From: Paramecium tetraurelia
Lineage: Eukaryota
DNA: 64,000 nucleotides
Reading direction: 5' to 3'
NCBI GenBank assembly: GCA_000165425.1
Contig: CT868418.1
Span: 372,001-436,000 of the forward strand
The notes under the pieces were generated by a model, which worked only from the letters and a program-made list of their open reading frames with translations, searched no databases and was not told the origin of the DNA. A program made the translations under genes and the position numbers. Positions 39,645-54,072 of this stretch are shown here, one piece after another (position 1 is the stretch's first letter; each line of letters opens with the position of its first letter).

Positions 39645-42164
39645 ATGAGTACAGCCAGATTCAAAAAAACAGAGGTCAGAATACAGGAGATGCAAAATGA
39701 GATTGATGCTCTCATGACTTAACTCTAATCCAACTCAAAGAATATATCCTCTGCCTAATCAGAGCATTTGCAGATGCTTGTCGAGGATTTACATTCAACT
39801 AATTTTCAAACTTAAGAACTCTCAAAGGAATCAGATTAATTAACAGATGCATTATATTCTCAATCAGATCATGATGTGATCTTAACATAAGCATAAATGA
39901 AAAAAATATAGGTTTCCTTAAATCAATCCATGTCAACCACCAAATAAGTAAATATATTATTTTTGATAAATTAGAATCTCCAAAATGTAGAGAGAGAAAT
40001 AGATTAAATAGAGAAGGCCTTGCAAGCCAATTAAGAATCAAACAAGGTCTATTCAGAAAGTCTAAATAAGTTTAGAGAAAATCTAAAGATGTGTGACTCT
40101 CAAGTTGTCAAAGTGCTTGATCAAAACGCATACAATAATTGGAACAAAATTAAGTAATTCTTTGATGTAGATATAATTCAAACTTCTGTTCCATTAGGCC
40201 TTATTATGAAACTATAATTAAGCATCCTTAAATTAACAGAAGCCTGTAATTCAAATTAAGTTAAAGTCAAGCAGTAAATTAATGAAGATCTAACAGCTCT
40301 ATTGATTGAGATCAATTCATAAAGTGCCTTATTTTAACACATTAACTTACTTGAATAATATATCTTGGGAGTTTTAAAATCAAATAACAAGGTTAATTTA
40401 TATTTATTCATTTAAAAATGCTTGAATTCCATGCATTATAACTTTTGCTAAATAGCATAACTATTTAATCAGCACAACATCTCATATAAGATATAGCAAT
40501 CAATTTCATAAGAAATAGGCACTAAGAACTAGTCTTTAAAGTCGTTGCAAATCAAGAAATCATAATTTATGATAGAGATGGAAAAATTCAAAAAATAAAG
40601 TAAAGAACTCACAAGCTAACTTGCACAATTAGATAAGCAACTTGAAAAATAAATAGAGGCTGAAACACAGCATCTTTTAGCAATGTACTTGAGAGACAAG
40701 GAATAGAGTATATCTGAAATAAAAAAGAAATATGGTAAGAAATATTTTGATAACATGTTGGCAGATGTCAAGCAGGAGTTTAAGAAGATCTGTCTAAATT
40801 AATAAGTGTTATACGCCAGCAGTATCGAATAAGCTTTCTTAAGGGTAGATGTGATAAATACTTAGTTAATCAATAATAAAACTAAAGCATAGCAATTAAT
40901 TTAATAATATTCATAATAAAAATTTAAAAAAGCTAGTAGTGTTATTATTTAATTAAATGGAATTGACAAAAGGGAATATTTATTGGAATTACAATAATGT
41001 AAGATATCACTTTTATAAATTGAAAATAAAGTAGAGAGAAAACTCATTATATAAGATTTAGATGAATTATTATTACAGATTTAATATTAAGTAAATGACA
41101 TCAAATTAAGAATCTAAGCAAGCAATGTACCTCAGAAAATTAGAAGTGATTCAATTGATACTTAGAGGAAAACTAATAGAACGATTGAACACCATAGGTC
41201 ATAATCATAAACTCCTATTCAATCACCTCAAATGCCTGTTCCTCAAATTACACTTTAATTATTGAATATCAATTTGCCAATCAATAATCCTAAAGAAATA
41301 TTCGATTCCAGTGAAGATCCAATTAAAACGAATAATAGCCAATTGCATTTGAGCTTTTGTGAGAATTAGAGCAACAAAAGCAAAGATCAAGAGAAGTTAA
41401 GTAAGACGATTTAAGTTCAATTTAATTCAAGCAGTAGGATTACTCAATAATCCAATAATATTGACAGTCTAACTAATTCCAGAAACGATGAGAACTAGAA
41501 TAATTAGAATAATTACTAAAACTAACATTAATCTAACCCGTAAAAAAAGCCACAACTAAAGGAAGTAAAAAATATTATGAATAATTCTGAATAAATTCAA
41601 AATAGTTTGAAATCGAGTAGAACTAAGAAAGACATATAATAAAAATAGATTAATGAACTTAATCCCAAAAACAAATTGAATATTTTGATTTATCTAAAAA
41701 CATAAGATTCAGATATTGCTTATGATCCTATTTTGAATTATGATCATGATCCCTATATATTTGGATACAGGCTTTTCAGGATTGATAATTAACTAAATGT
41801 AATGTATTTGAAAGTATCAATAGATTTATAAATCTTAAGAGGAAAAAATTAATCTAGAAAATTTTGAGAATTTAAATGATCTTATAAATCAATTCAATAT
41901 AAAGCATACTTAATTAGAAAATGTTAAAGAAATTGAAATTGTAAATATAAATCAATAATATTTTAGAATAATTGCAGTTTGACAGCTTTGAAATTTTAAA
42001 ATATCTATGAGTCTACACTCAGACATGCCTGTGTAGACAGTTTAGCTCTTAGACATTTGAGAGTTCGCTTTTTTCCATTTGTTTTTGTCGGACAACAACC
42101 CCAAGTGGGATTGGCTATAAATAAAGATGATCTATAGTCCTTATAGAAGCTATTCTCAAAATGA
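39645..42164 (+). CDS. Coiled-coil hypothetical protein
   Basis: MSTARFKKTEVRIQEMQNEIDAL...; long code-6 frames with tiny introns, ending LQKLFSK-TGA. Confidence 0.65.
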
Positions 42165-42236
42165 TGATGCCTATATTAAATCTCCAAAATTAATTATAAA
42201 ATTTAAATATCAAAAAAACAAAAGTTATTAATTAAA

Positions 42237-43563
42237 TCATTTGTAATAATTTTTATAAAGAAATTTTGGTGATAATTTGTTAGGAAAGCTTTCCTTAACG
42301 GATTTTCCTAATTCAGGAGTCCTGGATTACTTTTTCATAGCTCTCTCTTGTTTAATTTAAGAGAATTCTGAGATCAATTTATCAAGCATAGCTTAATTAG
42401 TTTCTTATTTCATAGAAGCCCTACTTGGATGAAGCTATTTCTTAAAGAATTTAGTGGCTAATATGTTTGGACTTTATAATTATTCAGCAGGTTCAGTGCG
42501 CCTCTATTTAGAATTTGAATTCTCCATCCATTCCTCAATGGACTCTTCTGTGATTTTGAAGGTTTGAGCAGTTTTTTTTTCTGAATTATCAAAACTTTTG
42601 ACCTCCTTACTATTAGGTTAACTTTGATGTCTCTTTTCCTTCTCAGTACTTTTAGAGGTTTTTTACTCAGAACTTGACCTCGTGCTTTCATGATTTCTTT
42701 TTTTATTTTGATAGTCCTTTTCAGTTAATTTACTAATTTCTTTTAAAAAGGAATCAAGGGAACTTATCTTACCTTCGTAATGAAGATAGGCCACCTTATT
42801 ATCTTAGATATCCTTGAGGAATTGACTGCAATTTGAAAAGTTTGCTGCTATACCCTCCCATAATCTGATTAAATGGTAGAGTACCCATTTAGACAATTTT
42901 ATCATAATGATTTCTGATGTCACTAATGTAGGTAGCCAATTGATGTTCAATCTATTTGGATTACACTTTTAATTGATTGGTCATCTAAACTCCAGACCAT
43001 AGAGATTATGATAAGGCACAAAGCAATTGAGATTTGCACTTTCAAGAATAGATGTAGAAATTTACCATTTGTAATTATTTTTCGATTCCTCCGAAAGTCT
43101 TGACAACTTAAGTATATTGGTCATTATAAAACTTTTTGAGATTGGCTTCTGTTGATAATAAATTGGAATGAACATTGTCTATTTCACTTTTTGTTTATAA
43201 TAATTGCTCAATGAATGAATCAGTTTGTTTTTTCTTGACATTGTCTATGGATTATAAAGTAAATTACCCTCTTCAATATTTTCAATTTTATGCCCTTGTT
43301 GAGCTAATTAAACTGCACATTTGGTGCATAATTTTTCATTGGGACCAGTGTCATTAAGTAATAAGTATTTAGCCTATGGATAACGATGAGATGAATACTT
43401 TTTTTTAAGGATGATGTGGACACATGGGCTGGAAGCCATTGCAATTAAATTCTTCACTCTCCTTAAATTTTTAGCTAAATAGATTAGTACTCTAATGTAT
43501 GGGAGTGTCGATACCATTCCAGAGTTGTATAGAGGACATATATATCTAATCGTCTCTTTTCAT
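42237..43563 (-). CDS. Hypothetical protein with B-box-like Zn motif and coiled coil
   Basis: CPHHPQKK[intron]AKYLL...KLCTKCAVQLA. Confidence 0.7.
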
Positions 43564-43594
43564 TTGAATTTTAATTAATAATTGTTATGATAAA

Positions 43595-45021
43595 TCATTT
43601 AGGTAATCTCTCGGGGTTGTCAGCAATGATGTACATCATGGAACTGATAGCAAAGACATTGGAATCCATCTCATCGGGATTTAAAATATTCATTGTGTCT
43701 CCGGCAGAATGATGATACTTGAAGTAGTAATCATCATTGGGATCTTTGTAGATATTTCTCATCAATGGAACTCCTTTATCACCTAATGGTTTTGTATCGA
43801 CTCCAGAACTAACATAAGCAACTCATATCTACCCATCGTTCTCATTGACAACTGACAAATCAGGAATGTAGTTCATGATCAATTGTCTGACCATTCTACT
43901 TGTTTATAGTTTTCCTGAAAAACCAAATCCTATGGCTGTCTTTTGACCAAGGTCATTCTCAAGAGCAACTACATGATCCTCATCACCATGATATTTAGCA
44001 TAGTGTTGATTTCCATTATTAGGAAGTCCCATTTCTTCACCACTCCAAGCAATCCATCTCAAAGTTCTCAGAGGTCTGATTCCTAGATCAGCCACCACCT
44101 TAAGGGCTTCTAAAGTAACCAGAGTTCCTGCACCATCATCCATAGCTCCTGTTTAACTTCCGGTATCCCATGAATCAAAATGACCCCCCATCAAAATAAT
44201 CTAATTGGGATATTTTGAACCTTTGATCTCAGCAATGATGTTATGACTTTCAGAAGGCTTCATTTCAGAATTTAATTCTAAATCTACTGTAATCTTCTGT
44301 CCTCTGTCTTACATTCTTTGGAGCATCTCTGCGTCTTCAACTGTAATAGCAGCGCCAGGGATCTTAGGAACAGTTCCAGATTATCTCACATTTCCTGTAT
44401 GTGGACTGTATATTGAGAACGAAGCAACACTTCTCAATAGTACAGCAATAGCTCCATAGGCAGATGCTCTGTCAAGTCCTTGTTGTCTATATAGCTTCAA
44501 GTTACTGTAAGATGTCCATGGCACATTATAGCATACAATTTTTCCTAGAATTTGTATGTTGAATTACCTTAAAGTTTATTAGCCTTACCCTTCTCATCCA
44601 ACTCACTCCAGTTTCTAACCACAACCACTTCTCCATCCTTTATATTGCCTGGAACAATTAAGCCAAGTCCAATCATTCCCAATTTTTGAGGTCTTTTTCT
44701 TGGACTCTTTAAGATTAATTACTCGCTCCCTCTCACCCATGTTGATATTTCATCCAATTTTTCCAATTTAACCTCCACCAAACCATTTTTAGTTGAATCC
44801 CAATTTTGTATTTAATTATAAAGATAATCAACAGCTAATGCCATACTAGGTTATGCCCACATTCTAGGACCAAATGTGTCAACAATATAGGCTAATTTAT
44901 CATAAGCCTTATGCTTGTTGGACCCACTATTGATGGCTTGTCTAATGTCATCAACATTTTTTTTGATAGCATCATTTACACAATATGCTATTGTCATGAG
45001 AAGAGCAAGAATTAATTTCAT
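43595..45021 (-). CDS. CPQ: Carboxypeptidase Q / plasma glutamate carboxypeptidase (M28), secreted
   Basis: Signal MKLILALLMTIAYC; DTFGPR, YSPHTG, GGHFDSWD, AMDDGAG, WSGEEMG, YHHSAGD. Confidence 0.92.
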
Positions 45022-46810
45022 TTAAATAATTATTTAACTTGCAAAGCTGAAATCATACTTCCCAATTTAGGCTATTCTTCTATGTATTGGCTTTAAAATG
45101 AATTCATTCGAGACCTTATCTTCTGAAGTTGGACTTTGTTGGAACTGTGACTTAGAAGTTTTGAGGGCTGCGGTTACAATTCAACAAAGGACTAATCCTT
45201 AAAAAATTAACTATGTTGATGTATCAATTGAGGAGTCTCTAATTTTGGTTTGATTCCTCCATATCCAACAGATTAGTGTTTACACGAAGACTCTTTCCTG
45301 GAAGTGATTTTTATCCTATTTGGTCTTGGAATAATCAAATCTTATTCTGCTTCTGAATCACTTCCACTATCATATTTCAGTGCCTTGCTCATCTCTCTAT
45401 TGATATTCAATTCTGGCGAGTCCACTTATTCATTGTAAAGATCGAGGGCATGCAATATATTTTAAGCAAGAGCATGGTAATCTTCTAAGCCAAAGGCTCG
45501 TCCCATTTACCCGTAGATGCTTGTTTCTATTGTCATTGAATTTGCTATATTCAATCTCTTCCATAATGCCACTCTGGCCGTACCAACTCTATCAGGACTA
45601 ACACCATATGAACAATCCCTCTATTAAATATTAAGGTACTTTGAATGAGAAAATTTCATTATGATGAGCGAGAATCTTTCCGAATTATCTTATTCTCATG
45701 TATTCTGAGACACTCTTGCCATGTAAACAGCCATAAAGGAATTGATTGAACTTTTTTGAGTGACCATGTAGATCTATCATAAATGCGATATTAGAATATT
45801 TTGAAATTGATTTATAAACATAATGGACCTCAGGTTCTGTTTTTTATTTTGGATTGTCCCATTTTCTACAATTTATATTCACATTACCTATTTAAATCGA
45901 TGCCATTAAAATTACAACGAGAATTACCCAGAAACACTCCATCTGGATTTACCATTGGATATATTATGAATCTAAACTTTTGCATACATGAGTGTCCTTT
46001 GCATAAAATACGTAAGATTTCTTGACAAATAAATGATCCAGCAGTTTCACTTGGGTGTTGTCTAGCCAAAATCACCACGATTTATTATCCATTCTACTTT
46101 GGAGTCTTGATCTACCAAATCGGTAATCCTAAGGTTGTTATACATACGGATTTCCTTTGTAATGGACATTGATCAATAAATCTTTAGAGTTTCTTTATTG
46201 GATATGGTCGAGTTAATGCAAAAAATACTATTTTTTCAGTTTATTTGAATTCATAAGTGAATTCTAATGTGTACAAGGAGAAGTTTTATTAAAGTTAAGC
46301 TATGCCAGCGTCTTCGTGATGATAAAATGGATGATTGATGTTTGTTCTATAATAGTACATCTCATTGGTTTTACCTACGGACCATTTTTCATTATCATAC
46401 ACATAAACATGATTGCAATCTTTAAAGAGTGTATTTTAACGACGATTATTTAAGATCCTTATTTTGAGTCTTCCTTCATTGTGCATCTTGACGCCAAAAT
46501 AAAACCATTAAGTGCAACCTTAAGTATTCGTATCACTTGAAAGTAGAACATTCAATACTCCTTTTTCTTCTTGACAACATCCATGAATATTGCTATTCTC
46601 AAATGAACCATAAACTACAAGTTCTTCAGATTCAAAAAATGGCATGGGTGAATGAACATATTGCTGTTATTTGTATTGAGCAAGAATATTCTTACGCGAG
46701 TTGTGATTGATGATACATGATTTCAATTTCTTCTCAAAAAGCTACATAAAATCAATGTATTAATGTCCCATGTCCTTATTGTTTTTGAGTAATTTTTGGA
46801 GAGATTTCAT
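45018..46810 (-). CDS. Cytosolic carboxypeptidase (M14, CCP/AGBL/Nna1 tubulin deglutamylase family)
   Basis: SFENSN, QWFYFGV, ARQHPSET, PMVNPDGVFLGNSRC, DLNR, DLHGHSKK, GTARV, SMTIE. Confidence 0.9.
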
Positions 46811-46837
46811 TTTATAATAAATATTTTTATAATACGC

Positions 46838-49646
46838 TCATAATAATGAATACATATCTGGATAAAGAGGCACACGACGTTTTATCCATTCAGCACTAGT
46901 ACTCATCAATCCAGTATTAGGTAATGAATCCTATTCTTGTCTATGAGGTGGCGAAACCACATGAATCTCAATTTAATGAGGATGTTCGATCAAATATTAC
47001 TTATAGTATCTCTTAACCTCTTCAATATCGATAGTGTCTAGCAAATTCAAAGCTTACTCCCTCCTGTCGAAAAGATTCTAATGTCGTTAAATTTCACCCC
47101 AAAATCTTCCAACTTCTCTTCCCAAAGAGAAATCCTTCTCTAAAAGTGATACTCTAATAGATTATTTGTATTCTTCAAATTACTCCTTTGTTAAATCGTC
47201 TATACCAAATGTCTTTATGAATTCTCTAATTTTACATAATTGATTTTTAATACCTAATTCTAGCCTAGAGATATTTTGGACACTTCACACTACTCTAAAT
47301 TAAAAATTAGAAACCAGTTATACCTCTGACATCACTAGAAGCAGAGAATACAACATATCCTAATTACTCTGTAGTTCTTAATTGAGAAAAAAACGGAGTC
47401 TTAATTATATTGGAAAGTAAATCAACAATCAATTGATTTCTTACTGTTCCACTTTCTAATTAAAAATACAAAATCACACTAGAATTAGTTTCAGTTTCGG
47501 AATTTAAGTATCTTGTGTAGTTGTATATGATTTTTTCAGGGATATTAATCGATCTTACTTACAATATTTCCTCTTTCTGTAAAGTGAGTGATTTTTTAAA
47601 CTATTCCTCCGATTATTTCACTATTGAAATCGCATTACTTTCTGATACATTACCCATAATAAGCCATTCGAATCTACATTTATCCATCAAGTGGTTCTAA
47701 AAGTAAATCAAATCATCAAACTATATAAGTTTGATTGTCTGTAATAAATCCTCAGGATCAAATGACCCACAATCTCTTAAGAGCAACATTGATAGATTTC
47801 TTGCCTAAGAATAAGGAGGAGAATGAGAAAAGTTCTCCAAATCACAAACAAGCTTAGCCAATTAAGTATCATAATTGTCTCTATAATTTTCAACTCTAAA
47901 ATCTAAGACCTTTCTCAACATATCTGGTAAGAACTTGTTAATTGAATCACTAAATCCAGCTAATGAATATTCAATACCATTAGTTACTAAGCTAACTGAT
48001 GGAGACAAGGAAGCAACTTCTGCTTCATAAAATAACTCCCTTAAATGAATTGTGAGCAAACTTTGCCAAAGGGCTCCAAGAACTTCATTTTATATTGATT
48101 TTCCCATTGAATCCAAATATTGTCTCATTTTTATGAATGTTTTTGGAACATTGAATTTATTGTCTTATTTGAAATAGACTGTAGATTGTGGAGACTCGTA
48201 AATTATTGTTGGATACTATTAACTATTAGGATTGGCCAACAAATCTGTTTAATTTGGAAGATATATATTTAAATTTGGTAGATGGAAATTTTGATTTCGA
48301 GCTTGTAAATTTTCGAATTACAAATCTGAAATTTCATATTCAGTCCCAAAGTATTTTTCAAAATTTCCCAATTTCCCTTAAAATTACTGACTTTGTAAAA
48401 ATACATTCAAATTATTTCGTTTTAACTGATTAATAGTGTTATTAATAAGATTAGAGTCGAAATTTTCCATCAAATACGGAGCTTTTAGGATATCTGTAAT
48501 TGGGTATTGATGTAATCTTGATGCTAATGCCCCAACAAAATCAAAAGGGTTTTGCTTTTCAAGATAATCAAATTATAAGGACTTGATTTATTTAACCTCA
48601 TTAAAAATCTATGCATTGGCTTACAAAATATTTAAATAATTGAAAACTAATTCAATGATATGTTAATATTAAGCTAACCCCTTTTTGGTCAATTTGATAC
48701 TGACATATAATTCTGAGAATTTATATGCTTCATCTTATGTTCCACATGAAAGTTCATAGGCTAGATTTTCTTTGATTAAATAACTTAAGAGAGATCCTTC
48801 TCCTTCGTGGCCAATAAGGTGAGCAATATATTTCCCTGGGCAATTGCGGAAATGGGGTTATAAATAATCTATAACCCACATTAAATCTAAATGATCTTCA
48901 TCATTTATGGGTACTACTTTAATTAATTTATTTTGGATAATTTGAGAACCTTGAATTGCTATGTCTGGTCTATTGTAATTTTTATTTGGTATATCACTAA
49001 ACATATCACTTGCCCAATTCTCTAATTATTCAACTGATTGCTTTCCATAAATGACTAATTTCATCAAATTACTAGAATAATAACGAGAATGAAAATCTAC
49101 AAGTTATTGTCTACTAACTTAGCCAAGAGTATCTAAATTCCCAATCATAAACTAGGAATATGAGGAATTTTGTGGGGCCAACAATTTACTTACTTAAAAT
49201 TTTCTCCAAAAGTCATTTTGTAAATTCATATTAAATTCTGAATGAACAGCCTACATTTCCCTTTGAATGCATGATTCTTTAAAAAGAGGATGCTTGAAGA
49301 ATTAGGAAAACCTATCTAAAGCTCCTCCTAATTAATCATTGGCCACAGTAAAGAAATAATTAGTATTGGTTGTAGATGTATAAGCATTAGTCATTCCTGA
49401 ATGCTTAGATATAAAATGTTGATATTCAGATTCATCGGGATATTTAGTTGTACCCATAAATAGCATATGCTCACAAAAATGAGCCAAACCTTAAGCATTC
49501 TTAGGATCTTAAAATGCTCCAACTTAAACATTGAGAGCAGCAGCAGATTTCTCAGCATCCTTGTCCTCAATAAGTAGACATTGCAACTTGTTTGGTAAAT
49601 TTAAATGTTTATATATGCGTTTGTCAACCTTTGATAATTTGATCAT
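46838..49646 (-). CDS. Insulin-degrading enzyme / pitrilysin family (M16A)
   Basis: GLAHFCEHMLFMGTTKYPDESEY, NAYT, ALDRFSQFF, LIGHEGEGSL, LRTTEQLGYVV. Confidence 0.93.
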
Positions 49647-49659
49647 TATTATTTTAATA

Positions 49660-50040
49660 ATGAACGATTGGGAATCGAATTACTCTTAAAGTCTAGCCAG
49701 TACCTTTGGTCCATGGTATCCAAGCACAACAAAGAACAAAATGATGAAAGCTCAACATACTTAAACCCTATCATTAGAACCTTTGGGTTAAAAATTTAAT
49801 AGAACAATCCAAAGCAAAACATCGGTACCAAAAAGGCGAGCTATTTCGGTACAACGTAGATTACCAACATTTCCGACCATGGATACAACAACAAAAGTGC
49901 AAAAATAAAGAACTCTACCAGAACCAGTTTTCCTCAATTTGACCCAAGAGGCACTGTTTGTTAGAAGCAATAAGAATGTGCAGGGTATTTTAAAGAAATT
50001 GTAATACTATCGATTCAATGAACGTCATTTGATTTCATGA
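49660..50040 (+). CDS. Small basic hypothetical protein (126 aa)
   Basis: Uninterrupted frame MNDWESNYSQSLASTFGPWYP...RFNERHLIS-TGA. Confidence 0.65.
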
Positions 50041-50054
50041 TAATAGTTTTTATT

Positions 50055-50447
50055 TCAATTTGCAAACTCTACCTTACTATTCCTACTCTTCAGTTATAAT
50101 CCTTTATTCAGGATACTTATTCCCTGTTTCAGATAATCACATAAAGTTCTATGAATATCTCCATCCTCAATCACAAAATCAAGCATCTCTTCGATTATAT
50201 CTGTCAATCCAATTATCGCTATAATTTATTTTACCCTTCAACGATTAAATTTGATATCTGTAATTTAATTAAATAGAATTACATTCATTTTTCTAATTTC
50301 TTCTCTGAATCGTATATGAAAAAACAAAGATTTCCTTTCATGTTGGAAGAGCATTACCATTTCCAACATGGTTTTATCCTTTGGAAATATCAATGGTTCC
50401 TTATATCTGTTATAAAGAGGATATCGATCTACCATAATCTTATGCAT
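50055..50447 (-). CDS. Small hypothetical protein (~122 aa)
   Basis: MHKIMVDRYPL... joins IIGLTDIIEEMLDFVIEDG...VEFAN-TGA if a 24-nt GT..TAG intron containing the in-frame TGA is removed. Confidence 0.5.
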
Positions 50448-51063
50448 TCAATTTTAAAATAGATTTAGCTTTTATGTATGGTTCTGATTATTTAATTCAC
50501 TACTTTATTCTTAATATTATGAATTTTTGAGAATCTTTTAATTCTGATCTTATTTTTCATATCAGAATTATATCTTTCCTCTCAATTTAACATAAAGACT
50601 TTCTTTAGGTCTTTACAAATCTTTATTACTGTTAGTTTTCTCATCTCCATCATAGATTCAATTATTTACATATAAATAAACAAAAATATTCCATTGTTAA
50701 AATTAGATAATTTTTATTCTTTTATTTGATATATATATATTAAGATTGCCATTCATTAAGAAATAAATCAAGATCTTTATTAGAAACTAAACTACTTAGA
50801 AGTCGAATGTATTAAAACATATATCAATTCTACCAGTAGAAGAAAATAATATTCAAATTACTTTAAGATTTTTTAAATTTAGTAAAAAATAAGTTTAAAT
50901 AAATGTCTAATCAAACCTTTTGTTATATTATTTTCTGAAAATGAGATAATGAATATGAAAAGAAAAACTGTTAATCCATAATAAGAAGAAATCAGTATCA
51001 AATCTAAATTATAATAAAAATTATTCATATATAATTTAGTATTAGTTCAAATAGATATATAGA

Positions 51064-51846
51064 TCATATTAAATAAAATCTCGAATCTTTTGGCAAATTT
51101 TATCTATATTTTAATTTAACAGCTTCTTGTGAATGTTTTTTTAATGCCAATAAAGAATAGAATGCATTATTCATATAACTCTTGGAGGTCAAAGCCTTCT
51201 TAGATTTCTGTTCCTATGTGGTTTTGATTTAAGCCATCAGCCTTTCTGCTAAGTCTTTTTTTTCAAGTTCATTTTAACTATCATGCCCAATATTGTTAAT
51301 GTTTGTGTTTGTAAGCAATTAAGATATCAAATTCTACCTCCTCTTATTCATCATAAATAGTCTAAAAGGAAATTTAACCCCATCCTCAGAAACTTGTTCT
51401 CTGTCAATTAAATATTGATTATTATTAGATTTCTTTGGAGCAACTATTCCAGGATCTGTAATCAATCTTTAAGTTGAATTCACAGAGTTTTCTAAATCAC
51501 TATGATATGTTTTTACTCTTTTTCTAACCATTTGTTTAACAACATTTAAATTTGTATTATTGCGTAACGATGACACTTTCTCTGTTAATTCATCTGCCAA
51601 AATCATATTCTATTATTTTGTGTAATTATGTGATGGCAATAGAAAATCGCCTAAAATTTCTGTGTTTTAGTTTGCAACACTAGACTCATTTTCATTGTTA
51701 ATTTTATGATTAGCAAATGTTGTTTATTGTCGAAGTAATATTGGTAAATTTGCAGAAGGCTATTTTGATGAACATGATTTATTTAAGGAATTGGATCTGG
51801 TGTGATATTGAAGATGGTTTTGATTTGGATTTTTGGTTAATTACAT
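51064..51846 (-). CDS. Hypothetical protein (260 aa)
   Basis: Intronless 261-codon code-6 frame MQLTKNPNQN...RFYLI-TGA. Confidence 0.65.
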
Positions 51847-51865
51847 AATAAAATTAATATATAAG

Positions 51866-52559
51866 TCATTTAAAACAAGGACAAAGTAGGGTTGATTATG
51901 ATGTATTAGATTTTTGTGAATTGCCTATGTAGTTATTGAGATAATTAAAGCATTTTGATGACCAAGCTTTGACATCAAGCTGATGTATTTTATTTGCTTA
52001 TTCAGGATTAAATTGCAAGGCCTCCAACACAGTCTCCAGAAATCTAAGGGAAGATTGATATTCCAATTCTAAATGCAAACCCTCCAAAGTCTTTATTAGG
52101 CTAATGATAAGCTTACTTTAATATCTTTATTCAAAATATCAGCCAATGTATTTGGCTTGTAACCATAAACTTATGGAAAATCAGGGGCTTCAAACTCGAT
52201 AAGAAGTAGAGTGTTTTAAATGACGATTAAACAAGAAATCATGTCTTCAAACATATTGAGAAAATTTTCTAATAAAGATAACTTTTCAGCTTTAGGCTTT
52301 AGATCTTAAATTAAATATCATATAAACTTGCCATATTTTCCATGAATTTCATTTCATTATATTGGCTATAGTAATCAAGATACAGCAATTTATTTTTTTC
52401 TATTATTTAATAGTAGCTCTAATTAGCTTCACTTGGAACTATTGAAAGTGGAGGTTTCGAAATTGTGGATTAGTGCATCTTATACAAAGATCCATTGTCA
52501 TGCTCTAATTGTTGTACAGAGTAATAGTTTTAAGTATTCTGTGGAAAAATTTTCTTCAT
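51866..52559 (-). CDS. Hypothetical protein
   Basis: MKKIFPQN... with two tiny introns; ends LLCPCFK-TGA. Confidence 0.6.
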
Positions 52560-52730
52560 TTTAGTTTTCATATAAAAATATTATTATATTTATTTCCAAA
52601 ATGAGATAAGATTATTTTTTATCATTTTTTTTTCCTATCATATTGTAATTAAGTTCTGATAATTTAATAAAAAGTCTTGGAATTTATCACCAAAATGCAT
52701 TAATTGATTTAATAATAAGAATATCTAAGA

Positions 52731-53081
52731 ATGCAAAGAAGATTTTATTTTTAAAAATATGAGAAGTTATCGAATCCAGATGGTCTTTTATAAAGACTAA
52801 ATAGCGAAACTAAAGGACCAAAATTTATAGATTTCATTCTTAATAATGTGAGAATTGTCGAAAAAAATAAAATGATTGAAGGTTATAAGTAAAGAGTCTC
52901 GAAATCACATGATCCAGTTAGACAAATTAAAATGGATAGGCAAACTCTCTTAGAAGAATATTATAAGTTTTTAACCAATACAGAAGATGGGGCTTATAAA
53001 AACAATATAAATACCCCACAAAAAAATTAATGTTTATCCAAAATACTTTCATTTAAGCACCAGGTTATTAATCCCTTTTGA
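52731..53081 (+). CDS. Small hypothetical protein (116 aa)
   Basis: Frame MQRRFYFQKYEKLSNPDG...HQVINPF-TGA. Confidence 0.45.
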
Positions 53082-54072
53082 TCAAACTTATCGGTTGTTT
53101 AAATAAGCATCATTATAGTTATTAAATGTCCGATTCATTAGTTCAAAATATTAAATATGAGATAATACTTGTTAAAAAATTTGAGAGCAAATATATATTT
53201 ATTACATTGTTTAATCTGTTTAGAATCTTTTTGACTATGGCTAAGAAAATAAGTGTAGAGCCGAAAGTTTAAACCATCTCCAATTCTCCAATATTATATA
53301 TATAATAAACATTTTTAATTATTTCAACTTTTCTAGTTGATTATTTTACATTTACAAAATCCTCTAATTCTGAGATTAGTAGGTCTTTTGTATTTTATAT
53401 TTATTTGATTTTAATTTCAAAAGAGAATTTATGATTAAATGATAAAACACCCAAGCAAATGCTTATAATTTATAATTTGAAACAATAAAAAATTATAAAC
53501 TACTTTTAGAACTACTTTTCTAAACACTAACCTAAATTTCTAACTTTTGGTTAAAAAAATCATACTCTTTCCAATTTAGATATAAATTTAAGAGTGAATT
53601 ATATTAAAATATAATTCGTATTAATTTAGCTCCATTCTGTTAAAATCAAAACATATTATCTTGAAAAAAATCAATCAATTTCGATCTTCCATGGGTTAAT
53701 TATTAATCTTTTGGAAAATATAAGTTTCTCTGCTATTATGAAACATATAAATGTTGTTAAAGACTATTGTAAAGTTCCATATCATTTTTTTATTATGTTT
53801 AGAATTAAAAAAGGATTCATCTTGTTTTTCATATTCTATTGATGAACATGTTAAATTGGGATTAATAAATCTTAAAGGAAAGATGCCTCTTGACTTAGAT
53901 TCTTTTCTTAGAAGATGCTGGGAAGAGATAAAAAGTAAAGGAAACTCTAGAACTTGATATTTAGTAATTTATGTAAAAAATAAATTAAATGTTTATACCT
54001 GATTAACGAAATTTAGGTGGAAGATAAATTATATGTAATATGGTTTTGAATCACAGACTCTCATTAAATATA

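Noticed and set aside
50230..50260. In-frame TGA suggesting selenocysteine or readthrough
   Set aside because: Better explained by a 24-nt GT..TAG intron; no redox motif or SECIS-like element was seen.
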